A stretch of 14,377 nt of DNA from Candidatus Hydrogenedentota bacterium (GCA_034408725.1 JAWXCN010000131.1:1-14377); one strand, 5' to 3'. Shown: positions 1 to 8,228, numbered from the stretch's first letter. Numbers and translations are program-made. The notes: generated from the sequence alone by a model not told the origin.

Positions 1-1
1 A

Positions 2-1486
2 CTGCCAACCAGTCTTCCACTGCCGCGTCAGTTCGCAAATGGCCGTTTTGCACTGGCGAATGGCGCGCCGCTTCCAAATGGTAATGCGGTGCGCGGACTG
101 GAGCTATATCGCAGTCAATCCGCCCCGCTCGATAGCGGCAACTTTTCGTGCGTAATCTGTCACACGCTGCCAACCGGCGCGGGTACGGACCATGCCCTAA
201 TCTTTCCTGGCGGGTTGCCGGCATTCACGCCCATACCGGCGGGGCCGAAGGGCGAGCGGCATCTCGCGATGGTTTCGGTCGATGGCTCAACCAATCGCGC
301 AATCAAAGTGCCGCAACTGCGCAACCAGTTCGACAAAGTCGGTTTTGAATTGACTCCAGGCAATCCAAGTCTTAGTGGCTTTGGTGTCTTGCACGACGGC
401 AGCATCGACAGTGTTGCGCGCTTTGTCAGCGAGCCGGTCTTCGAGTTGAACACCGACCAGGATACCGCGGACCTCACGGCGCTGGTCCTGTCGTTTTCCG
501 GTGGTTTCGCCCCTGGAGGCGGTCCCGGACCATTCCCCGAAGCACCCGGCCCGCCCAGCAACGACGCCCATGCCGCCACCGGCAAACAGGTGACCGTCAC
601 AAGCGCTGCGAAGAACGCAACGATTGACCAAATGCTCAGCATGGCCAATACCGGCGCTATCGATGTCATTGTCAAGGGCCGCATTATCGGTTACACACGC
701 GGATGGACGTACGAGGGCAGCAACCAGTTCCGCTCGGACTGGTCGGGTGAAGCCTTGATTTCCAAAGCGAATCTGCTCGCAAAAGCCGCGGTCGAAAGTG
801 AGTTGACGTTTACGGCCGTACCCGTCGGCGACGGCGCGCGCATGGGCAGGGATCGCGACAACGACGAAGACCTCGACTTCGACGAATTTCTTGCAAGCGA
901 CCTGACGCCGCCCACCGCGGAGCTTTCAAGTGATTCGCCCACGGTGGTGAACGGCGCGGTTACCGTTGAAGTCGCGTTAAGCGAACCTTCGGAGAATTTC
1001 GCGCAGAATGACATCAACGTGACTAACGCAACGATTACGAACTTCACCGGAAGCGGTTTGTTGTTTACGTTTACGCTTACGCCGGCGGCCGATGGCACAT
1101 TCACCGCCAAAGTGGGCGCGGGCGCGTTTGACGATTTCGCCGGTAACGAAAACACGGCATCGAACACCCTCACGCGTTCAAACGGCGATCCGGGCGGCAC
1201 GTTGAAAGTGAAAAAACCCAACGGCGGAGAGAATCTCACCGTTGGCGCGAAATTCAAGATCACGTGGAAATCCACTGGAAACGCCGGCGACAAAGTGCGC
1301 ATCGAGCTCTGGCGCAATGGCGCGTTCGTACGCAACATCAAAACCAACGCCCAGAACGACGGCAAACAACCGTGGAACGTGCCCGAAGACCTCGCCAAAG
1401 GCAGCGGCTACACGGTCCGCGTCGTATCGAAGTCCAATAGCGTTATCGAAGATTCAAACAACAATGTGTTTAGCATCGTAGAATAA
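2..1486 (+). CDS. 5'-truncated, probably extracellular c-type heme protein (cytochrome c peroxidase-like C-terminal region) followed by an Ig-like domain and a Kre9/KNH-like (Ser/Thr-rich GPI-anchored family) beta-sandwich
   Basis: The frame is open from base 2 (LPTSLPLPRQF...GNAVRGLELY), so the GTG at 89 is not the start. CxxCH motif CVICH at 149-163, then KVPQLRN and GFGVLHDGS motifs and an acidic DRDNDED loop. DLTPPT...SEP...GSG..FTFTLTP..DG...DDFAGNEN looks Ig-like, and PNGGE...ITW...IEL...W.VP...Y.VRV...FSI forms the terminal domain. Confidence 0.75.
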   Translation: MPTSLPLPRQFANGRFALANGAPLPNGNAVRGLELYRSQSAPLDSGNFSCVICHTLPTGAGTDHALIFPGGLPAFTPIPAGPKGERHLAMVSVDGSTNRAIKVPQLRNQFDKVGFELTPGNPSLSGFGVLHDGSIDSVARFVSEPVFELNTDQDTADLTALVLSFSGGFAPGGGPGPFPEAPGPPSNDAHAATGKQVTVTSAAKNATIDQMLSMANTGAIDVIVKGRIIGYTRGWTYEGSNQFRSDWSGEALISKANLLAKAAVESELTFTAVPVGDGARMGRDRDNDEDLDFDEFLASDLTPPTAELSSDSPTVVNGAVTVEVALSEPSENFAQNDINVTNATITNFTGSGLLFTFTLTPAADGTFTAKVGAGAFDDFAGNENTASNTLTRSNGDPGGTLKVKKPNGGENLTVGAKFKITWKSTGNAGDKVRIELWRNGAFVRNIKTNAQNDGKQPWNVPEDLAKGSGYTVRVVSKSNSVIEDSNNNVFSIVE

Positions 1487-1502
1487 GTCACGTAGTTTTG
1501 GG

Positions 1503-1535
1503 GGCGGCCCGTTTTTCGGGCCGCCGTTCTTTGTT
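1503..1535 (+). terminator. Intrinsic terminator
   Basis: Perfect 9-bp stem GGCGGCCCG-TTTTT-CGGGCCGCC followed by GTTCTTTGTT, 16 nt after the TAA ending at 1486. Confidence 0.75.
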
Positions 1536-1537
1536 GC

Positions 1538-1755
1538 ATGGTTCCCACTATCCACAAACTGGTTGTACGGTCCGGCGGGGTGTGGCGCTTCTCCATGCGC
1601 GACCCATAATTAGCGCCGGGTATCCGTGCTGGATTGAGATGTCCTGAAATTCGTCCTTCGTTCGTCGTAGGATTGAGCCTCGAAGCATGCAACCAATCAG
1701 GTGGAAGGTGCAGCAGAGGCGGATCGTTGCGTTTGAGCGCATCGAAAACAAATAA
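1538..1755 (+). pseudogene. Degraded AHSA1-type SRPBCC gene remnant
   Basis: 1538-1609 reads MVPTIHKLVVRSGGVWRFSMRDP*, resembling the AHSA1-type motif TIHxxDVRPGGxWRFxMxGP. A shifted frame gives GYPCWIE (1618-1638), and VEG at 1701-1709 resembles the C-terminal helix. Stops and frameshifts throughout. Confidence 0.5.
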
Positions 1756-1798
1756 AGAGAAAAAATGATGAACTCAGGACCAGGTGCTCCAATAGAAC

Positions 1799-2389
1799 AT
1801 GACGCGGCCCCTGCCTCAATGCCCGTTCAATCGCTCAACCCAACGCGGAGAAAATCCAGAAAACTTCATCTTCATTGCAATCGCCGTGCTGGCCGCCCTG
1901 TTCTTTGCGGTTGTGGCAATGCAACCTTCCGATTTTCGCGTCACACGGTCCGCAATGGTCTCCGCGCCGCCGCAGGCTGTTTTTGATCAGGTGAACGACT
2001 TCCACAAATGGGAGGCGTGGAACCCCTGGGGTAAAATCGATCCCGCGATGACGCAAACCCATGAAGGGCCGCCCGCGGGTGTTGGGGCAAGTTATTACTG
2101 GCTTGGGAACAATGAAGTGGGCGAAGGACGCATGACGATTACAGACAGCAACCCGCCCGACCTTGTGCGCATAAAACTCGAGTTCCTCAAGCCTTTCGCA
2201 GCCACCAATACCGCCGAATTCACCTTCAAACCCGAAGGCGATCAAACAAACGTAACGTGGACCATGTACGGCAAGAACAGTTTCATGTCCAAGAACATCG
2301 GATTGTTCATGAACATGGACACGATGATCGGCGGCATGTTCGAGAAAGGCTTGGCGGAAATAAAAACCATCGTGGAATCGCCTCAGTAA
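1799..2389 (+). CDS. SRPBCC family (polyketide cyclase/START-like) protein with N-terminal membrane anchor; true start uncertain
   Basis: Hydrophobic FIFIAIAVLAALFFAVVAM, then FRVTRS..VSAPP..VF.QVNDFHKWEAWNPW.KIDP, G..GVGA.Y.W.GN.EVGEG.M.I, IKLEFLKPF, T.VTWTM and MD.MIG..FEKGL..IK. Confidence 0.9.
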   Translation: MTRPLPQCPFNRSTQRGENPENFIFIAIAVLAALFFAVVAMQPSDFRVTRSAMVSAPPQAVFDQVNDFHKWEAWNPWGKIDPAMTQTHEGPPAGVGASYYWLGNNEVGEGRMTITDSNPPDLVRIKLEFLKPFAATNTAEFTFKPEGDQTNVTWTMYGKNSFMSKNIGLFMNMDTMIGGMFEKGLAEIKTIVESPQ

Positions 2390-2462
2390 CACCCGCGCCG
2401 GACGTCAATCACAACGCATTGAATCTCCTTCGTTTCTCCAGATCCAGGTTTTTGGAAGAAGC

Positions 2463-2610
2463 CTATTTGGACTGCGGCGGCCCCCAAGGCGCCGCATTGG
2501 CTGTTTATCACAAATGGCCTACCCCTTTTACCGTGCACGCATGAAGTCCCCTCCCATAATCAGCCAATGCGGTGTCTGCGCTACCCGTTCCGCCACCGCA
2601 GTCCAAATAG
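2463..2610. repeat. REP-doublet (REPIN/MITE-like) element, copy 1
   Basis: Perfect 15-bp terminal inverted repeats CTATTTGGACTGCGG (2463-2477) and CCGCAGTCCAAATAG (2596-2610). Nested 12-bp IR CCGCATTGGCTG (2492-2503) / CAGCCAATGCGG (2561-2572). Each arm also has its own hairpin (GCGGCG..CGCCGC; GCGGTG..CACCGC). Confidence 0.85.
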
Positions 2611-2642
2611 TCCTCTCCAAAAACCACGTCCCAACAAGAAGC

Positions 2643-2788
2643 CTATTTGGACTGCGGCGGCCCCCAAGGCGCCGCTTTGGCTGTTTATCACAGTCGGTCT
2701 ACCCCTTTACCATTCGCGCACAAAGTCCCCTCCCATAATCAGCAATGCGGTGTCTGCGCTACCCGCTTCGCCACCGCAGTCCAAATAG
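2643..2788. repeat. REP-doublet element, copy 2 (tandem, 180-bp offset)
   Basis: Same 15-bp terminal IRs (2643-2657, 2774-2788). Aligns with copy 1 throughout, with differences concentrated in the central spacer. Confidence 0.85.
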
Positions 2789-2808
2789 CGCACTTTCCAA
2801 ACCCGGCC

Positions 2809-2855
2809 TTGGAGTGCGGTAGCAGAGTCCGCTTCGGACGGCGCTACCGCTTTGG
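2809..2855 (+). repeat. Solo REP-like hairpin of the same family, possibly acting as a terminator
   Basis: TTGGAGTGCGG head, stem GCGGTAGC/GCTACCGC with inner GTCCG-CTT-CGGAC, CCGCTTTGG tail, then a T-rich tract. Confidence 0.7.
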
Positions 2856-3030
2856 TTCTTTCGCCTTGTTTTTTTCGCATCGTATCGGGCAAACACCCAA
2901 AATCGTCTTTTCGCGCACACTCGAGAAAATGTATTGGACTAATTTAAGTCTGATCAAAGACAATACCGCCGGCGAAATAGACGAAACATAATCGTGGGTT
3001 GCACTACCACCCGGGAACAAAGGATTCCAA

Positions 3031-3486
3031 ATGACTCTGCTAAAACGCGTTCTCCAACCATTTCTTCTGCCTGCGTTTCCGTCTTCCGCCCTGTTGTTTT
3101 TACGCCTGATCGTTGGGCTCGCATTCATTTTTCACGGTTGGGGGAAAATTCAGAGTCCATTCGCATGGATGCCACCCGATTCGCCCGTTCCGGGTATCTT
3201 GCAGTTCCTCGCCGCGTTCTCCGAATTCGGCGGCGGCATCGCCCTCATACTCGGACTGCTCACGCCAGTCGCCATGCTCGGACTTGGCTTCACCATGGCC
3301 GTCGCCACGTGCATGCACGCACTCGTGTTGAAAGACCCGTTCGTGAATCCCAAAGGCGGTGGCTCGTATGAACTCGCCCTGGTTTACCTGGCTATCGCAA
3401 TCCTCTTCATCGCGCTCGGGCCAGGAAAATTCTCGCTCGACGCAATGCTTTTTGGAAACCGCCAGCCAAAGGAACCTGCACAATAG
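3031..3486 (+). CDS. DoxX family membrane protein
   Basis: LLFLRLIVGLAFIFHGWGK, AAFSEFGGGIALILGLLT and GYE-like GSYELALVY...GPGKFSLD motifs; about four hydrophobic segments; AAGGA upstream of the ATG. Confidence 0.92.
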   Translation: MTLLKRVLQPFLLPAFPSSALLFLRLIVGLAFIFHGWGKIQSPFAWMPPDSPVPGILQFLAAFSEFGGGIALILGLLTPVAMLGLGFTMAVATCMHALVLKDPFVNPKGGGSYELALVYLAIAILFIALGPGKFSLDAMLFGNRQPKEPAQ

Positions 3487-3554
3487 ATTCGTTGCGCTAA
3501 TAGCGGAATGGCTAGACGATATCATTCCCGCACGATAACAACCCGACGTCTTCG

Positions 3555-4547
3555 CTATATCTTCAGTTTGAAAGCTTCCGCAATTAGTCCGCAGGAATGC
3601 AGCCGCGCGGCGTGCTCGTGGATGGCGGAGGCCACCATGACTTCGTCGGCGCCTGTTTGCTGAATGAAATGCTCAAGACTTTGGCGGACGGTGTCGCGTG
3701 AGCCCGCGAATGCGTACGTGAGCATTTTCGCTGCTTGATCTCTTTCGAGGGGCGACCAGTACGCATCAATGCTATCGATTGGGGGTTGCAGCCGGCTTCG
3801 GACACCGCGAACGAGGTTTGTGAACTGTTGTTGGATTGATGTGAACAGTCTGCGCGCTTCCGCATCGGTGTCGGCGGCGACGATGCTTGCGCCAACCATG
3901 ACATAGGGCCGTTGAAGTTGTTCGGATGGTTGGAACTTTGTGCGGTATACATCGAGCGCCTCCATCAGAAGGGCCGGCGCGAAATGCGACGCGAAAGCGT
4001 AGGGCAGGCCGAGCATGGCGGCGAGTTGAGCGCCGAACAAACTCGAACCAAGTATCCATAAGGGTACGTTGGTGTCCGTTCCAGGAACGGCTTGAATTTT
4101 TTGTCCGGGTTGCAATGGACCAAGAAGCGCCTGCAACTCGAGCACGTCCTGCGGAAATGTCTCGGCGCTGGCGGGGCCGCGGCGTAACGCCCGCAGTGTT
4201 AACTGGTCAGTGCCCGGCGCGCGGCCAAGTCCAAGGTCGATGCGATTGGGATAGAGGGATGCGAGCGTGCCGAATTGTTCGGCGATGATCAGCGGCGCGT
4301 GGTTTGGAAGCATGATGCCGCCCGCGCCGACGCGGATCGTGCTGGTGCCTCCCGCGATGTACCCGATGGCGACGGCGGTAGCCGCGCTGGCAATGCCGAT
4401 CATGTTGTGGTGCTCGGCAAGCCAGAATCGTTTATAGCCGAGGGCTTCCGCGTGGCGCGCGAGCTCGAGCGAGTTGCGGAGCGCGTCGCCGGGCGTGCTG
4501 CCTTCAGATACAAACGCAAGGTCGAGTATGGAGAATGGGATATTCAT
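3555..4547 (-). CDS. LLM class flavin-dependent oxidoreductase (luciferase-like monooxygenase, YhbW-like)
   Basis: [73 protein letters not shown] and TGADEVM motifs. Confidence 0.95.
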   Translation of the reverse strand: MNIPFSILDLAFVSEGSTPGDALRNSLELARHAEALGYKRFWLAEHHNMIGIASAATAVAIGYIAGGTSTIRVGAGGIMLPNHAPLIIAEQFGTLASLYPNRIDLGLGRAPGTDQLTLRALRRGPASAETFPQDVLELQALLGPLQPGQKIQAVPGTDTNVPLWILGSSLFGAQLAAMLGLPYAFASHFAPALLMEALDVYRTKFQPSEQLQRPYVMVGASIVAADTDAEARRLFTSIQQQFTNLVRGVRSRLQPPIDSIDAYWSPLERDQAAKMLTYAFAGSRDTVRQSLEHFIQQTGADEVMVASAIHEHAARLHSCGLIAEAFKLKI

Positions 4548-4790
4548 AATAGTGCGTGATTACGTGCTGGGTGCAGAAATATTTTCAAAAAGCCTGCCTT
4601 TTCCGCCGGAATCTGGCCGTTCGCAGCCATGCCGTCATAAACTCCCGGCATGAACAGCGCTGCACCCCATCACCAGCCACATCCACGATCAGACCAAAGC
4701 TAGCGCGCATTGCGTAATGCCAAACACTACCAACCCGATCGTGCGATCCTTGTAATCGGAAAGTGGTTGGATCGCGTAGGCATCTGTCAT
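4544..4790 (-). pseudogene. Membrane-protein pseudogene remnant
   Basis: AAGGAG RBS (4798-4803) and ATG at 4790 give MTDAYAIQPLSDYKDRTIGLVVFGITQCALALV, then TGA (4689-4691). The same frame continues SWMWLVMG, and a +1 shift gives LFMPGVYDGMAANGQIPAEKAGFLKIFL. Confidence 0.55.
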
Positions 4791-4874
4791 TTGGTCGCTC
4801 CTTGTAGTGCCGGACCAAAAACCATACTACCCCCATATTGCAAGGCGTATCCATATTTCGTCATTAGACGCCCA

Positions 4875-4903
4875 TTGACAAAACCCGGCAATAGGTACAG
4901 AGT
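4875..4903 (+). promoter_or_regulatory. Candidate sigma70 promoter for the gene starting at 4993
   Basis: TTGACA (4875-4880), 17-nt spacer, weak -10 CAGAGT (4898-4903). Confidence 0.35.
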
Positions 4904-4992
4904 AAACGGGTGGCGAAGTCTGATTGCGCACGGATGCACGCCAAAACCCGCCACAGGACGTGCTGCCCGCAATACCAGACGGAGGTACGATT

Positions 4993-6543
4993 ATGGACCG
5001 CAATTCACGCCGTCAATTCATGGGAGACGTTGGCCGGGGCATGCTGCTGGCCGGACTGGGGACGACCCTCGCCGTTGACCTCGGGCTTGCCCATGCCGAT
5101 GTGGCGGAGCTGCCCTCGGCACTTACGTTCGGCGAACTCGAACCACTTGTCGCGCTGATGCAAGACACCGAACCAAACAAACTCACCGCGCTGCTCGTCG
5201 AACGGCTGAAGTCCGGCACGAGCCTGCAAACGCTCGTGGCGGCTGGCGCGCTCGCCAATGCCCGGACTTTCGGCGGTCAGGATTACGTGGGTTTCCACAC
5301 CTTCATGGCGCTCGCGCCTGCGTACCGCATGTCGCAGGAACTTCCGGCAAACCAGCAGGCGCTGCCCGTTTTGAAAGTGCTTTATCGAAACGCCAACCGC
5401 ATTCAGGAATTCGGAGGCCGCGCGAGCGAGGTACTGCATCCCATTATCGCGGAACCGGTCCCCGCTGGCGTGGATCCGGGCGAATATCTGCGCAACGCTT
5501 CGCGATCCGGTGACATTGAACTGGCGGACCGGACATTTGCCGGCTTCGCCAACGCCCCCGCAGGCGAAGCGTTTAACCACCTCCAGTTCGCGGTGGAAGA
5601 CGAAGTAGACGTGCATCGCGTCGTGCTCGCGTGGCGCGCGTGGGACACGCTCGAGCTTGCGGGACAGGAATGGGCGCACTGCCTGCTGCGCCAATCCGTG
5701 CGGTACTGCGCGGACCGCGAACACGAGATGATGGAACGCGGTCACACGCGTTCGTCCATTCGAACGGTTTTGCCCGCGCTACTCGATCAATACAACCTTC
5801 TTGGCGGGCCGATGGGACAAAAATCGGGCGACGACGCCTGGGTTCAGCAATTGGCCTCGATTATGTTCAAAGGCACGCGCGAACAGGCTGCGGACGCTGT
5901 CGCCCAGGCGCTTCACGAGGGGTTTGCGCCAGAGTGTATCGGCGAGGCGATGTCATTAGCGTCCAATATGCTCGTACTCCACGATCCTGGCCGGCCGGAG
6001 AAATGGGCCAATGCCGACAAGCCCATAGGCAGTTGTCACGGAGACTCGGTCGGCGTTCACGCTTCCGATTCCGCGAACGCATGGCGCAACATTGCCCGCG
6101 TCAGCAACCCGAGAAATACCGCCGCCAGCCTAATCGTCGGCGCGTTTCATACGGCGGGGCAATGCCAGTGGTCCAACGAACAACCTTATCCGCTTCCCGA
6201 ACAGATCGCGGAGGTTAAAACCGAAGACGCGGCAGCCCTGCTTGGCGAAGCGGAAACTGCCATCCGCGAAAAGAACCAGTTCCGCGCGGCGGCCCTTGTT
6301 TCGCGCTATGGGCAATTGGGTCATGATTCCCGGCCCGTATTCGACCTGATGCTAAAATTCGCCACCAGTGAAGATGGCGCGCTCCATGCGGAGAAGTATT
6401 ACCGAACCGCTTGCGCGGAGTTCGACACGATGCGGCCCGCGTTTCGCTGGGGACAACTCACCGCGCTCGCGCGCGTGACTGCAAGCGAATACGGCCATCA
6501 ATCACCAGGCTACGAGGAAGCAAAAAAACTGTTGAGTGCTTGA
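4993..6543 (+). CDS. Uncharacterised Tat-exported, predicted all-helical protein with four His-containing repeats
   Basis: GGAGG RBS at 4981-4985 supports the ATG at 4993 over the TTG at 4924. The N-terminus MDRNSRRQFMGDVGRGMLLAGLG...AHA is a twin-arginine signal with an AxA site. Long ORF with natural composition; no family recognised with certainty. Confidence 0.8.
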   Translation: MDRNSRRQFMGDVGRGMLLAGLGTTLAVDLGLAHADVAELPSALTFGELEPLVALMQDTEPNKLTALLVERLKSGTSLQTLVAAGALANARTFGGQDYVGFHTFMALAPAYRMSQELPANQQALPVLKVLYRNANRIQEFGGRASEVLHPIIAEPVPAGVDPGEYLRNASRSGDIELADRTFAGFANAPAGEAFNHLQFAVEDEVDVHRVVLAWRAWDTLELAGQEWAHCLLRQSVRYCADREHEMMERGHTRSSIRTVLPALLDQYNLLGGPMGQKSGDDAWVQQLASIMFKGTREQAADAVAQALHEGFAPECIGEAMSLASNMLVLHDPGRPEKWANADKPIGSCHGDSVGVHASDSANAWRNIARVSNPRNTAASLIVGAFHTAGQCQWSNEQPYPLPEQIAEVKTEDAAALLGEAETAIREKNQFRAAALVSRYGQLGHDSRPVFDLMLKFATSEDGALHAEKYYRTACAEFDTMRPAFRWGQLTALARVTASEYGHQSPGYEEAKKLLSA

Positions 6544-6571
6544 TCCACTTCGTGTCGAAGCGATCACCTTT
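6541..6571. terminator. Possible hairpin terminator between convergent genes
   Basis: TGATC-CA-CTTCG-TGT-CGAAG-C-GATCA followed by CCTTT; the stem is imperfect. Confidence 0.3.
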
Positions 6572-6576
6572 GATAC

Positions 6577-8211
6577 TTAACCGAGCTGGACGGTTCCGCC
6601 CGTGGCCTGGATGCGGACCGGTTTTGTTATCCGGATCGGATTCGGCGACGCACCGGCGTGAACATTGATTGTGCCTGCGGAGAGCACGAGTTGAAGCCCT
6701 TCGCTGAACGTATTCATCGGTTCGCCGGCTGTTCCGCGTTCAACCCCAGCGTAAGCGAAATTCACCCACACCGGGCTGTGCGGAAACATTTGCGCATCGG
6801 TCGGATTCGATCCGAATCCCGGCTCCGCGCTGTCGCTGAACCCGTCGCCGTCCGTATCCGCGTACCAAGGGTCGGTGATGTGTCCGTTCGCGCCGTTGGC
6901 TTCATTGACGTCGCTGATGCCGTCATTGTCGTCGTCGGCATCGACGTTGTCGGGCATGCCGTCGCCGTCGGTATCAAGCGGCAACGACGCCGTCAACGGA
7001 ATTTCGCCGCGCAGCATCCGCGACATTTCGCACACGATGCGCAAATACCAGTCAGTCGGGTAACCTTCGTAATCGATCCAGTGATCGGTGACGGGATGGT
7101 TTCGCGAAACCTTGAACATCGCGGTCGATTCGTCTACCTCATCGAACATCGCCACGAACATCATGTCCACGCCGAGGTTCTGCCACGCGTACACCTGTTC
7201 CCAAATAAAATCGCCGCCCCGCCGCGGAAACAGCGATGACCCCGGCGGCAGTTGCATGAGGTTGTCCCAACTGAATCCAGGAAACACGACGGGCAGATAG
7301 CCAATGCCAAGGCTTTGCGTCTCCTCGAGGTCAGGGCCCCAAACGTTCTCGACAAAATTATCGATATCGTTCTGGTTCGCTATACGGCCGACCATCCACG
7401 GATTGATGATGTCGTAGCTTCGATATACGGCGGCCCATCCCGGGTCTGTTTCCGAATCCGCGGTGAGCGTGCGCCAGAACGTCGGCACGCCGCCGATGAC
7501 GAGATTGCCGCCGTATTCGGGATCGTTCTTGAAGTAGTTGATCACCTGGCTGGCCTGCGCGGGCGAGTAACCGCGCCCTTCAAAGCCAAGTCCCCAGATG
7601 ACGACAACCGGTTTTCCTTCATGGTGCAGGTAGCGCGGATCATTGAGCATGCCGCCATCGACGAGAAACTCCCAGTCTTCGGTGATCGCGTTGAACAGGT
7701 TTGCGGCAGACGTGCCGGAAGTGTCGTATTCAAGCGCGAACACGCGACCGTGGGCATTTGCGGAATCGCGCACGTTTTGCAACACCTGATTCCGAATGGC
7801 GAAAAACCGTTCATCGCCCAGTTCGGACACGAACCTTTGCAGAAATACGCCATCGATGCCGTAGTCTTCCATCCATTCAAAATGGAGATCGACCGTGCCG
7901 GGCGACGCCGAACTAAACAGTTTTCCTGTCGAACCGTCTTGCAGCATGACGCCGGGCGCGGTAAACAAATCCGCGGGATCATATTCACGCACATCCGGCC
8001 ACATCTCGACGGTGTAGAGTCCGGGCCCGATCGAATCGGTGTCGCGGCTCCAATGTCTCCAGCCAACCGAACCTGGATTGCCATCGCCCGGCGCCATGAA
8101 CCAACCCTGGTAACCGCACAGGACTTTATCCGTCAACGTGGTCGCATCAATAACATCAGCCTGCGAAGATATAACGGCAAAGGCAAACACCGCACCAAAT
8201 AAAAACCGCAC
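6577..8211 (-). CDS. Secreted glycoside hydrolase, GH71/GH99-like family, with thrombospondin type-3-like Ca-binding repeats and a small C-terminal domain
   Basis: Signal peptide MRFLFGAVFAFAVISSQA (GTG at 8211 has GGAG 6 nt upstream, unlike 8223). KVLCGYQGWF, WPDVREY, HFEWMEDYGIDGVFLQRF, YDTSG, YLHHEGKPVVVIWGLG, PWMVGR, PVVFPGFSWDN and AMFDEVDESTA motifs. DTDGDGMPD..D.DDDNDGISD repeats near the C-terminus. Confidence 0.85.
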   Translation of the reverse strand: MRFLFGAVFAFAVISSQADVIDATTLTDKVLCGYQGWFMAPGDGNPGSVGWRHWSRDTDSIGPGLYTVEMWPDVREYDPADLFTAPGVMLQDGSTGKLFSSASPGTVDLHFEWMEDYGIDGVFLQRFVSELGDERFFAIRNQVLQNVRDSANAHGRVFALEYDTSGTSAANLFNAITEDWEFLVDGGMLNDPRYLHHEGKPVVVIWGLGFEGRGYSPAQASQVINYFKNDPEYGGNLVIGGVPTFWRTLTADSETDPGWAAVYRSYDIINPWMVGRIANQNDIDNFVENVWGPDLEETQSLGIGYLPVVFPGFSWDNLMQLPPGSSLFPRRGGDFIWEQVYAWQNLGVDMMFVAMFDEVDESTAMFKVSRNHPVTDHWIDYEGYPTDWYLRIVCEMSRMLRGEIPLTASLPLDTDGDGMPDNVDADDDNDGISDVNEANGANGHITDPWYADTDGDGFSDSAEPGFGSNPTDAQMFPHSPVWVNFAYAGVERGTAGEPMNTFSEGLQLVLSAGTINVHAGASPNPIRITKPVRIQATGGTVQLG

Positions 8212-8228
8212 CTTAAACTCCACTCGCG

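Noticed and set aside
2456..2855. CRISPR array
   Set aside because: Only two full units with a 180-bp period, the intervening sequences are homologous rather than unique, and no cas genes are present.
2934..2953. Imperfect palindrome GACT-AATTTA-AGTC upstream of the DoxX gene as an operator
   Set aside because: Too short and degenerate to distinguish from chance, and no cognate regulator is visible in the window.
2257..2991. Short ORFs 2257-2544, 2514-2738, 2567-2788, 2647-2991 and 2707-2892
   Set aside because: They are translations of the palindromic repeats (recurrent LDCGG and ATAVQI peptides) with no recognisable protein features.
4689..4691. Selenocysteine or read-through TGA in the remnant upstream of the LLM gene
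   Set aside because: It lies in a hydrophobic helix and is followed by a frameshift; ordinary decay explains it better.
4924..4992. TTG start for the Tat protein
   Set aside because: The GGAGG RBS and the position of the twin-arginine motif favour the ATG at 4993.
7252..8202. 316-aa plus-strand ORF, and the similar 11136-12218, 691-1398 and 5005-5745 ORFs
   Set aside because: Antisense shadows of well-supported genes, as expected from GC-rich codon bias; no motifs recognised.
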